Shown here piece by piece: positions 51,550 to 63,501 of a DNA stretch of 64,000 nt; the stretch's first letter is position 1; every line of letters begins with the position of its first letter. Source of the DNA: Lytechinus pictus (lineage: Eukaryota); NCBI RefSeq assembly GCF_037042905.1, contig NC_087252.1, forward strand, positions 6,326,001-6,390,000, in the 5' to 3' direction. Both the position numbers and the translations under genes were made by a program. Under the pieces are notes generated by a model. That model ran no database searches. It worked only from the letters and a program-made list of their open reading frames with translations, and was not told where the DNA came from.

Positions 51550-53884
51550 CTTTGTCTTTGTTGTGTTAGTTCCAAACTTGTTTCCTGCTGAAGTGAAGAT
51601 AAAAATAGTGAAGTGAACTAGTTTCCAGTAGGCCATGATGTAGGCTAAACCAGTTTTAGAAAGTATAATGAGAACGGTGTCCTAGATCCCATTCAAGTTT
51701 CAACGTGAATGGAAACATGAAGCCGCGCCTCGGATTCGAGGAAGGAATTCCGCAGAACAGAAGAAAGCTCTGCACTGCACTGCCGGCTGCCGAGGTTAGC
51801 GATGCCACATCATTTTAAAATATTTACTGTATACATATGTTGTGACCATTCATTTTGAAGCTTGTGACCTGCTCTTTGCAATAAGACTACGTTTTTTTCT
51901 TAATTTATGCAAATAAGGCAAATATCTAATTAAATATGCACGCATATCATTAAAAATGTCTGCCGCTCATGCGGAATGTGCATTTGCCTTTGTAATTTCA
52001 CCCATGCTAGTGAGTTTGAGGCAATTAACCACCAAAATATGTCAATTGGCCCATTCTTTGATTAAACCAATATAAACTATTAAAAAAACAGTGTTTCATA
52101 TAGTTAAATATGCAAATTTAAAATGCCAAAGATCCTATATGTAAATGAGGTTGTGATGCAATGATACGTATATTGTAAACATGTATGTTAAAAATATTTC
52201 TATTCAAACTACATGTATGAGGTAATTAACCACCAACAATATATATGTCAAGTGGCCCATTCCTTGATTAAAAACTAGTATAATATATAATTCAAACAAA
52301 ATACATGTATTAAAATATGCAAATTTAAAGGCATATGCAAATCAGATGATGCAATATAGTATACATATTGTATATGTTACAATGATGTTTGTTCTTGTGT
52401 ATGGGCCATTTCATTACAAATAAATTGGATACAAATGTAATCAATGATATGATGTTCAATTGCACAAGAACAAATTCATAGAATATTACATACATGTATC
52501 TTCCACAAAAAAATGGTAAATATGCAAATGAGATGAATATGTAATTAACAAGTCAAGAGCAGAGGTACTTCACTTGCCCAGCTGCATCCATTATTACCCT
52601 CACAAGATTTATGCTTCTTCATGCTTTGTATCCATGTATATATTTGTGTAATGCAATTTGATATCATTTTTTATTAAGTACTAATACTGTTATGTTTTCT
52701 TTTGTTTATATGTGTTGTAATGTGAAAATGGCTACCCCCATTGGGTTGCATCAGGCTATTTAAATTTGCTGTAGTTTGGTGAACAATGGCTATTGTTCAA
52801 AGTGTATTCAGGTATGCATTTAAGCATCCCTGGATATACTTGGCTGGGTTGATCTCTTGACCAATCAAGAGTCAGTTGGGGGTAGCAATAATGTACCCCC
52901 AATAGCTGTAGGAGGTTTTCTTTTGAAGCCAGCTAGAGCACAAATTTGGCGGGAAGAGGGCAGAAGAGATTGAGCTTTTGAAGAAGAAGGTTGTCTTCCC
53001 GTGTTAGTTTCAGTCAAAGTACAAGTGAGTTAATTATTATTGTTATTATACTACTGTATACTTGTAAACTTTGTGTGATCATGTATTTTACTCTTACTAA
53101 ATAATTATTGATGCCTATGGGATTACTTTATATGAATTTTTAATATGTAAACTGACATATTTTATGCCTCTGAAGTTAAGATTTTTATAAATGTTTTTAC
53201 ACTAATATGCGACTGTAACCACTTACCGTCAGATCTGTTTCATGATGTTGATTGTAGTTTGTTTTATTTTCCCTTTAGCTCAACATAACAATACTGTAAT
53301 TACCAGAGTGCATTAAACCAGAGATACTGAGAGGTGTGGGCGGTGAGTTATTTTAATTGGATCGTATTGCAATAAAACCTGTCTTTTTATTATGTAATAT
53401 GCAGGAATTGTTTTTTTGCATTTTTTATCCAAACTGCAGTTTAGTTATGGATGATATATATGTATATTTTTATCAACCCTTATGTGTGAAGCAAGAATAA
53501 AGAAATGTCATATTGAGACTTATAATCATAATATTGTATAAACTATTTATTGAAATAATTGTAAATTATCACATGGAATAAATGTTTTACATGGGTCATA
53601 TGATGTTATTTTATCAATATGTATTTACATTGTATTTTTATTATTTATGTCTCTGCAGCGAGGCTGTCTTTCATGGATTAAAATACCTTTACCACTGCAA
53701 ACCAGTCTGAAATTGGCTTTCTTTCATATGTAATAGCTCTATACAATTCAGTTCATGCTGTTAACATTCTTGAAATAAAATACCATTGTTGATTATTATC
53801 ATTATGCAAGAAACCTGCCTGATCACCGATCAATGAATCGGTTAATGGTACTATATCACACGTATCATCTACTAAATAAAAATA

Positions 53885-54084
53885 GGGTCGGGATTGGGTG
53901 AAGGTAACAAAAAATAAATAAATAACAAAAATTAGCGTCATGATGGGGGGGGGGGGACTAGGGGCCGGTATGGTTGGACACAGGTCAAGGTAGCTATAAA
54001 AAAAAATAATAAAAAAAAAAAAAGGGGTTGGGATGGGGGGGGGGGGGACTAGGGGCCGGTATGGTTGGACACAGGTCAAGGTAG

Positions 54085-54120
<36 letters not shown>

Positions 54121-54175
54121 GTTGGGATGGGGGGGGGGACTAGGGGCCGGTATGGTTGGACACAGGTCAAGGTAG

Positions 54176-54224
<49 letters not shown>

Positions 54225-54500
54225 GGCTGGTAGGGTTGGACAAAGGTCAAGGTAGCTAAAAAAAAAAATAATAAATAAATAAAAATGGGGTCGGGATGGG
54301 GGCCAGGGGCCGGTAGGGTTGGACAAAGGTCAAGGTAGCTAAAAAAAAAAGGGGTCATGATAGGGGGAGGGGCCAGTAATGTTGGACGACTGAAATGTAG
54401 CTAGAAAAAAAAATTAAGGTCGGGATGGGGGCATGGACCAGTGAGGTTGGACGAGTAAAGGTAGCCAAAAAAAATGGGGTCGGGGCAAGGGCCAGTCACG
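53885..54500 (+). repeat. G-rich/A-run minisatellite, ~60-95-bp units
   Basis: Repeated GGG...ACTAGGGGCCGGTATGGTTGGACACAGGTCAAGGTAGCT(A)n, degenerating towards the right. Confidence 0.9.
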
Positions 54501-55380
54501 TTTGGGGTACATGTAACATAGGGCCCCCCCCCCCCAAAGAAAAAAAAATTGGGTCGGGGTGAGTAATGGCAATTATGGGTGAGGGGGCGGGTTGTAATGC
54601 CACGCAGGGGCCTGGGGCAAATTATGGAAGGGGTAAACATAGATCTATAGTAAATTGGGCAAAAAAAAGATGGGGCCTTGGGTCATAATCAGGGTTTAAA
54701 AGGGCAAGAAAGGTCCATCAATATCTGTTACATAATCACCAAAAACCAAACACCCCTACTCAACAGACTACAGTCTCCGCATTGACCCTAAATTTTCCAG
54801 ATTGAGGACAGTGCAAGCCGCAGTCTTTCCCGCTGGCGGTATTTTGCGGTTTACTAATTGGCAACAAGATTGGTATCATTACAAAGCTTAGAATTCAAAG
54901 AATCTTATGATGCTGGGAGTTTTTGGTTTTTCATGTGTAGGGGTACGATAAAGGGGTCAAAACATTCATGTCATCATCAAATCCACTCACACGTATTGCG
55001 AGGTTAGTATTAGTATACTAACCTTGCACCACGAACCGCGTTTGGCAGTGGATTTCTAACTAGTGGGTCGTGCGTGCTGGGATCTCACTTCTTGGGTCCA
55101 CAACACACGACTTCTATGGCTTGAATTTTCTGTGCGCGGCGGCATGTAATGAACCCTGGCCTAGGGTGCATCAAATCACCATATCAACAAAATCTCAACA
55201 CATCATGATCAAATCAGATTTTTAAAGACAATTTCAGAGCAAAAGTACTAAGCTAACGATTCAAACTGCCACAAACACTGCTGTAAGTCAAAATATTGTG
55301 TGTCACATGATTATGACAGGGGCAGTACTTTCCACATTGGGCTTCTGCGATTCAAAATGGCCGCGCGCATCATCCGATCA

Positions 55381-55911
55381 GGTAACCCAGAGAGCTCCCG
55401 CCCGCACAGCGGGCGGGAGCCCAGAAGCTTACCGTGTATTTTACCATTGTCACCGGACTAGGGTGATTTATGGTCTAAATATTTCTCCAAATGAATTGTG
55501 AAAACGGAAAGTATACATATACCACGATTATATGGATGAAGGTCTAACGAGTGGCAGATTCCTGACATCTGGGCACAGTCTGGAACCTCAAAAAAACAAA
55601 AGTTCTCTCCTTCTACCCAGTCTAGATCGGCCATTTTGTTACGATTTTTAACAAAAATGGCCGATCGAGACGGGGTAGAAGGAGAGAACTTTTCGTTTTT
55701 TTGAGGTTCCAGACTGTGCCCAGATGTCAGGAATCTGCCACTCGTTAGACCTTCATCCATATAATCGTGGTAATTGTATACTTTCTGTTTTCACAATTCA
55801 TTTGGAGAAATATTTAGACCATAAATCACCCTAGTCCGGTGACAATGGTAAAATACACGGTAAGCTTCTGGGCTCCCGCCCGCTGCGCGGGCGGGAGCTC
55901 TCTGGGTTACC
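55381..55911. mobile_element. 531-bp foldback MITE, superfamily unassigned
   Basis: ~260-bp arms are near-perfect reverse complements starting GGTAACCCAGAGAGCTC; GATCA duplicated at 55376-80 and 55912-16. Confidence 0.92.
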
Positions 55912-56411
55912 GATCAGGCAGGTTTCAAGACACATTTCAAGTGCAAAATATTAGGCGAATCTAACCTCAAATCAGAATGTAAAGTGAGAATTTCGTATTT
56001 TAATTTGATAATCTGCGGATTTTTGTGGGTCAGAGTATTACTGAATGAATATTTAAAGACTGGAAAAGAGTTTTCTGAGACCATGTTTTACACGGGGGCA
56101 GAGCATACCGTAGACAGCTGGCAGCCGTCTGTTTCGAGGAGTTTTTTAACATTTTTTTTTTTTTAAATTTCTCCTCATACATCTGTATTTGGTGAGTGCA
56201 GCCAACGGAGTTCAGCTGCATGAACAACCAACATAACAGAGACCGAAGCTTTTGGTCTAAGCATACCGATGCAAACGCGCGGCTGGTTTGGCATCGCTAC
56301 CGAGGTGTCCCGATGCCGAAGACTTCGGCATCGGGACACCTCGGCAGTGCTTTGACGTGACTCAGTTGTTGACTTGTTCGTCGTTGCGCTGAGTGACGAC
56401 GTAAAACTTAC

Positions 56412-56530
56412 CCAGTGTTTTGTAGGACAGCGGGCACGTCAATGTTTCCTTCTAATTTGATGTCGCTCATCTTACTTTCAACTTCACTCTCTGTCTCTGG
56501 CTCTAACACAGGCTTTTTCTCTTCCTCCAT
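56412..56530 (-). CDS. RABAC1: RABAC1 (prenylated Rab acceptor 1, PRA1) coding exon 1 of 5; joined CDS 615 nt = 204 aa
   Basis: MEEEKKPVLEPETESEVESKMSDIKLEGNIDVPAVLQNTG. Donor GG|GTAAGT at 56410-11; phase 2 matches exon 2 at 39922. A second possible ATG lies at 56470. Confidence 0.75.
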
Positions 56531-57054
56531 TTACAGGAAGGTAAACAATACAAAAATGTATGACGGAAAAAGGGCGATGTCAAATTCTCTGCCAACGCAA
56601 CAACTTGACGTTCAGATCAGTAGCTAATTTTTTTCAGGCTTTCTTGAACTTTTAATATTTTGTATATGACTTTAGATATATTAGTGAAAATTATATTGTG
56701 CAAATAAAACATTTTCAAATCTCATGTAGCATTTATTTTGTTCTCTTTATCCACGACTAACTTTTTCTTCAAAAGTAAAATTAATTATACATTTTTATCA
56801 AATACTTGCATGCCTTGGAGTAAAGCTAAGTATTTGAAAACTATATAAAACTTGATGCTAGATGGCGCTAATGCTGTAATTTTATTGGTCTTTCTGCACG
56901 CTGTTCATTATTTTATTTAATATTAGTTTTATTTATTTATTTATTTGATAATTAATTTATTTATTTATTCATTCATTCTTTCATTTATTTATTTTCACAG
57001 ATTAATTAGATTTAGATTTTTCCCCTTATCGAATAAATGCCACTTTTTTTCCAA

Positions 57055-57440
57055 AATATGCCCCCTCACGAACGTGTTCTGTGCCCCTTTCACCTGAGAA
57101 GGACCCGTTCTATGTCTGAGCAAGTGCTCCCTTGTAATAAGTGCCCTTTCTCGAATCAGTGCCCCTTAATTTTTACCCAAGAAAAGTGCCCCTCACGAAC
57201 ATGTCCTGGGGCCCCTTTCACCTGAGAAGGATCCGTTTTATGCCATTTGCAAGTGCCCTTTAGCCATCTTATTGGTGCCCTTTCTAGTGCAGTGCCCCTT
57301 AAGTTTTACCCAAGAAAAGTGCCCCTGGAACATGTCCTGTGTCCCTTTTACCTGAGAAGGACCTGCTTTAAGTGTTATTGTGGCCCCCTCTGCCTTCTCC
57401 TATAGGTGCCTGTTCTTCGTATCAGATAAGTTGCCCTGAA
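57055..57440 (+). repeat. ~130-bp tandem repeat (about 3 units) rich in GTGCCC, probably the interior of a MITE
   Basis: cacctgagaagga and ttttacccaagaaaagtgcccc recur at ~130-bp spacing. Confidence 0.75.
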
Positions 57441-59919
57441 ATACATTTTTTCTGTATCCAATGAGCACCCGGTTTCTTTATTTAGCGCCTATTGATCTGC
57501 TTCATTCTGCAAGCGCAGGCCTAATGAATGAAAAACTTGTAAAAATAATCCTAAGTTTCATGAGTCATGTGAGTGGGGATAGATAAGTCTCTTTTTTTTA
57601 TATTTGTTTTAAGATCATGGCCGGACCGAAATTTTGAAAACTCAATTTTTACTGCACTAGAGATTTATGACAAAATTCACCAAAAGTATGCACAAAATCC
57701 ATCAATATTCACTTAACAAAATGCAAATAAAAAGCACCTCAATGATAAGCTCGGTCGCTTTGCTCCCTCGCTTTTAATTTTTTTCCGAAAGTCTGCTCAT
57801 GCTCCCCCCCCCCCGCGAAAAAAAATTTCTGCATACGGCCATGTTCAATAGTGCCCTTTTAGAAAGAAAAGGTGCCCTTTTTCCCTGTGCCCCCCACTTT
57901 CAACTTCGCTCTGCCGCCCCAGGTATACGTATTGAATTACAATAGGCCTATTTGTTTAGTGTAAAATACAAGGTATACCCCATATGAAAAAAAAAATGTT
58001 ATCAAAGCTTAAACCAATCCGAAGCCATCGAAGTCCAAGGCTGTAGACTCACTTTATTCATATTGTTTGAATATTTTATGCTCTATCATAGAAATATGCC
58101 ATATGGCAAAGTAACCTTCAATGTCCTAAAAAAATGTAAAGATTTTAAGGCCTTTTTCGAAATTTCACTCATAATGATAATTTTTTCAGGTGATATTTTT
58201 ATGTTGACTTTTCTTACTAGGGTCTATATTGAAATATCAAAAGACGCATTGGAACCATAGGGGGTCCTTGTAATATAGGGGCTACATAATAACAGGATCA
58301 GTAGGGGGCACCCGGCCGCGCTTCGCGAAGATTTTTTCCCCTTAAGTATTAGTGAAAAATATGTAGAGAAAAAACGAATTAATGGAAAGGGAGAAACGGG
58401 AATTAATTAAGGAGGAAGGTGAGCATAAAAGGAGCGGTCTGGGTCATTTTAATTCTATGATTAGTAGGCCTTCCATTTTTCAGTGGAGAAAAACAAAATA
58501 TAACATCACATTTTGGAATTAAGTAATTATCCTGACGCCGCTTATTTTTGGCGATTTTGCGGGCGATTTTGTAGGCCTATTCTTGTGCCCCCCATTCCCC
58601 GCGCGGCGAACGGGTATAAGAATGAAAATACGGAACAATTTTTACTAAACTTGTAGAAACTATATTGGGGAAATCTTAAATTGTGATTGCCTGACAATCA
58701 TAAGCCCGCATAGTTGCAATAATCATAATTTGGTAACGTTACCAGATTGGTAACCAATCTTTGTGTCTTGTACGTCCCCCGGCCTCCAAGTCAGGGCCCT
58801 GGGAAAGGTTTTAGACTGGGGGGTGCTGCATGATGTAAATTTGACAGGCAAAAAAAAAAGGGGGGTGGGGGTGGTTCACTGCAAATTATAGGTCATTTTG
58901 CTTACATTTCTGATCTTGTTTATATACCTACCAGCCTATGGAGAGAATAATACACGCGGCACCCCCGCTTCCCAGGGCCATGTTCCCATACAGTGGCATA
59001 ATTAATTCGAAGAGGCCATGCAGACTGTTCGCGGCAAGATTATAAGAAAAAGCTGTGAGCGAGTGAAACGAGCAATTTTATTTTATTTTCTAATACAAAT
59101 GTTGTAGTATAATACCAGTAAAAACAAAAATCTAAGATTTTGATTGCTTTTGACACAAATTCATAAATATTATGATATGCCTCAATTTTTCCCTTCACTC
59201 TTAACTTTTTTTTCTGGGGGATTAAAAAAGGAGGAAGAAGAAAATCAGTCTCAAAGGCATTCTAAAATGACGCGCTTTGACTTGATCATAGTGTTTCTGT
59301 AAACCTTATAAATTCTATTGAACAAATTATAGATTTTAGACTCTTGCATTTCTGTAGGGCCTACAGTTATTTATTTTGAAGCTCAAGTGGCAAAGGAATT
59401 GAGAATTAAAAGTTTTATCAATTTCTTAAAATTAAAGCCTTACCGATGACACCAGGTAGCTTGAATTCACCCCCCCCCCTCAGCTCTCACTCCGTCTCTC
59501 TTTTTCTTTTTTTTTAATACACGCTCTCTAAAAAGTCACTTTAAAAAAATGTGTGCTTCTTTTGGAACCAATTAAGGGGCAGGGGCTATATAGTGGAGCC
59601 AGTTTTTTTTACCTTTCATTCGATTCATCTGCATCCCTTCCATTTTCCCTCTCTCTTGCTCGAAATTTTCTTCTTGCTTTGATTATATTCCTTATTCTAA
59701 CTTGTGGCCATGCCCCCTTTCTGACTCTCATTTCTGCTTATCAGTTGCATTGTAGGCCCATTTATTCCTCATTTGCTTTTCACCATTATGAAGTAAATTT
59801 AACATTTTTTTCTTCCTCCATCCCGTTCAGTCTTTCTATAATTTCTTTCTTCTTGATTTTGTTTGTAGCTACTGCATAGGGGAGGACCCAAATATAACAG
59901 TTGTGTTTTGTTTACAAAC

Positions 59920-60081
59920 TTTGTGTGACACGTGGAAGGTGATCTCATAACGATCATTGTGACGTAATATTTATTTCTAGACGCGCGTGCGTAATTCGTT
60001 AACATGCATCGGAAAGAACCCGAGCTGCGGCAGCTGACCTCGATTCCGTTAGTTCTTTTTTCATTTTTATTGTACAACTAA
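59920..60081 (+). promoter_or_regulatory. Probable TBCEL promoter and 5' non-coding exon
   Basis: CACGTG (~59929) and TGACGTAA (~59959) in a CpG-rich patch, followed by a GTAAGT donor at 60082. Confidence 0.4.
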
Positions 60082-61778
60082 GTAAGTGCAACTCAAAGTA
60101 ATCGATCTCTTTGCTCTAGACTTAAACACTGTTCCTTTTCTTTCACTGTTTCAGCTTCAGGAGTTTCAGCAGAAGGACGTAGACTGTGTTGCCGGCTGCA
60201 GCGGAGGGCTGAGAGTTATTTATGCCAGAGGTCTGGGTGGGTTGCTGCATGAATTTTCGCTGTGTGCATGTTAGAATAAATTTTGATCCGAAGTCGAAGT
60301 TCACTCTGACTTAGTAAAAAAGCTCAATCACTAAGGGGCTAACCAAAAGTCAGTTATTTTTACTGAATATCATGGACATGTTCTGTGTTCTTCATTGGTG
60401 GTTAGATCTATATCTTTTTCTAGTTCTCCTTTTTTTTTGTAATTCCTTTTTTCTTTCCTCTTTCAAGTTTCATTGTTATTGTGTTTTCTTCAATTTTCAT
60501 TTTCAATGATCGAAGCCAGGCCGAGAATAAAAAAAAGTAACCCAAAATTACTTAGTATAATTATTTTCTCGAAGTTAAGGCCTCAATTTGTGAAAATACT
60601 GGCAAAACTTCTGCAAATTTTGTTACCTTTTGCGTCCGCTCTGAGAAAATCGGAACTTCTCGACAAGCTTTGAACAAGAAATCACCAGTTTGCAAGCAGA
60701 GACAGAGTGCTGAGTAAAATGTGATGCTGTACTGCAACTAAAGGCTTGCAGTTCTCCGGTGAACGGTGGAATTCAGCACAGAAGAAGAAGAAGATACCAA
60801 CCAAAATTATGTCATTTTAAACTTCATTTGATAAAATTATCTTACCTTTGTCTGCTTGATTTATTTTCTAAAGCTTTGCAAAACGATCGTGTGCAAATTA
60901 AGGTCACACTTTTTTATGACACTTTTAGCTGAGCACGCACTAGTCGATCGTCATAGAATTTTGAGATTGCGATATCAACGAAACCTGTGACCTACTTTAC
61001 AATTCCGTCTAGCGAATTTGACTTTGGGATTGTGCGTTCTGTTTGGTATTCATGATTTTCATTAATTTTGTGTGAACTGTAAGAAATTTTTTATTGAAAA
61101 TCATGATAATTTTAAAAACGTGCGCAAATTATGGTCACCCCATCACACCTAAAACTGATTTGGTGTTGAGCGGCATGGGTAGAGGTGCAGTGCTAGTAAA
61201 AAGGAAAACAAAGCTTACAGGATTTGGGAATATTTGAATTAGATTATAATTTCAGTTGTAGACCTACTGGACAAAGAAAGGGCTTCTGCTGTTTTTGCAA
61301 ACTCCAAAATGAAGTCATCACAATTGACTGCATGGAGATCACTTGCACCTACTGCAGCAAAAAAGTGCAGATAAAAATTGCAATCACTGACTACTCGCAG
61401 GATAAACTGAAGACATTTGACAAACCTGATGCCAGCCTGTCCTCTGGAGGCAAGATGAAGAAATATTACATGATGAATTTCAACTATGCAAGGCTTTAAT
61501 TTCAATGTGAATATTCTGAGAAAGCTAAAATAAAAAAAGAATAACAAACGTATTACCATCACTGAAAACTTGTTTTTTGGCCCTGGCCTAAACTGCAACT
61601 GTGCTGCTTAGAGCTGTCAAGTGTCAAGCGCCATTTCCTCAACTTTTTTACCAGGGAATCAGCAATTCCCTGCTTTGACCGCTTATGCAATTGCAATAAT
61701 TTAGACAATTTTGGTGTGACCAAGTGTGGCCTAATTTTGATTTATAATTTTGTTTGCCCTTACAGTATATGAGGGACG

Positions 61779-61920
61779 ATGGCTGAAAAGGAAGGAGAAT
61801 ATAACTCACTGATCGATGCCATATTGACCAAATATGGAAACATGGAATCTGGTCTTCATGATATGGGAGATGTTAAGGTCTATTTCAGTGCTCCTGCAAA
61901 GAAATCAAAACCAACGCAAG
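61779..61920 (+). CDS. TBCEL: TBCEL (tubulin-specific chaperone cofactor E-like) coding exon 1
   Basis: MAEKEGEYNSLIDAILTKYG..., with an S[LF]..[AV]...KY motif and no CAP-Gly domain. Acceptor at 61764-65, donor AAG|GT at 61921, phase 1. Confidence 0.8.
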
Positions 61921-62613
61921 GTAGTACTACTACTCTTTCTACTTCAAAAAAAAATAATGATGACAATATTGGATATACGTAATTAACTTTGCATATTAAA
62001 CAAAGCAATTATCGTTTTCATCATTATCATTTTATATCATTGCTTTTATCATTTTTTATTTTCACGGATTATTTCACTTTTTTGTGTGAAAATGAAAATT
62101 CTAGTGATAAAAAAAATTATAATGATATTGATAATGATCATAATTGATGATAATCATAGCTATGATATGAAAATGATGATGATGGCAATAATGAAGAGGA
62201 TGATGATTGGTTTTGATGTTGATTAGGATGATATTGATAAAGATAATGTCTCTTCAGGGAAAAAAAAGTAATGTGGCTCAGTGCTTATTTGACCTACCCC
62301 CCCCCCAAATATGCCTCCGAGAGCCCTTAACCTGTTAAATACTGAACTTTGTCATTCCCATAGACTTTATACAGGTATAACCCGGTTCCAGATGGCAACA
62401 GGTTAACTTATAAAAATGTGCCCCTGATTCAATGTAAACTGTGATATTATATTGCAACTTTGGCTGGTTAGCTAAAAAAAGGTAGTCCGTAAAGTTAAAT
62501 ATCAATTTTCCACGCCCCCCATGATCTCTCTCTCTCCTGTTCTCTCTCCCTCTCCTTCCATTTGTCTCTCTCAATCATTCATCCATACTCTCTCTTTGAA
62601 CTCCATTATTCAG

Positions 62614-62762
62614 ATGACACAACAGATCTAAAGCTACCTAATATCTTGGTCCTGAATCGATGCAAGATCCAGAGAGCTGGAGATGAAGAAAAGCTGGCTG
62701 AACTCTGTAAACGTGTTCAAGAGCTTGACTTAGCTGAGAATGCTCTAGACAACTGGCAAGAG
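62614..62762 (+). CDS. TBCEL: TBCEL coding exon 2
   Basis: LKLPNILVLNRCKIQRAGDEEKLAELCKRVQELDLAENALDNWQE matches the TBCEL LRR start. Donor GTAAGG at 62763. An alternative in-frame acceptor would start at 62626. Confidence 0.92.
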
Positions 62763-63287
62763 GTAAGGTAGTCTTTTCATGAATACCACAGACACACTGG
62801 TCAAACCAACTCCAGGGTCCGTAGTTAGCGATTAATTGTACGTTTGATTTTTACGATTGATTGTACATTGTGGTCAAGAGAATCAATCGTAGAAAAATGT
62901 TATACGATGACTGCTAAGCTTTGTGTTACTGGCGACTGATAGACCAAATACATTACCATAACCTATGACATAGCTTGTAAGGTCGGTTTGGAGTTGGTTC
63001 TATTGGTTTAGCTGTAAGCAGAAGAAAGCTTTTTGAGAGTTAAATGATATTTGAAAACGGATCAAATAATTAGCTGACAGTTCGGAAGGGGAGGATTGTT
63101 AAGTTGGTATGCACAATTTCTTTGAGTGTGATGTAATTCTGGCCAGTGGCCATCCTTGAGAACAACACTGGATACAAAAATGTTGATTTATTTTTGGTTT
63201 TCTTGCATGAAAGTTCAGTTGATGGACATGCAAAAATGGAAAAATAATTTGATTCATTATTTTATTTTCATGAATTTCTCTGAATAG

Positions 63288-63487
63288 GTTGTGAACATCA
63301 CCAGTAAGCTTCCGAGTTTAGAGTTCATCAACCTCAGCTCAAATCCATTACACCTGGCCCCACCCCTAGAAACCCCCTTAGCAACTGCAGGAAGTCTAGT
63401 CACTATGGATAATGTACAGCGACTGGTTTTGAATAATACCAAACTATGTTGGGAATCTATACATAGTCTTCTCACTGTTATGCAGAG
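63288..63487 (+). CDS. TBCEL: TBCEL coding exon 3 (gene continues beyond the window)
   Basis: LPSLEFINLSSNPL...VQRLVLNNTKLCWESIH leucine-rich repeats; AG at 63286-87, donor GTAGGT at 63488. Confidence 0.92.
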
Positions 63488-63501
63488 GTAGGTACATATA
63501 A

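Noticed and set aside
45595..51682. One large Harbinger-like element bounded by CCGTTCTCA.TA inverted ends
   Set aside because: The ends are diverged and I could not establish a clean TSD. They may be fragments of two independent copies.
53753..54640. Pro/Phe-rich ORFs
   Set aside because: They are translations of the G-run/A-run minisatellite.
55458..55760. 100-aa ORF in the foldback element
   Set aside because: It lies entirely within a palindrome and has no protein motif, so it is a chance ORF.
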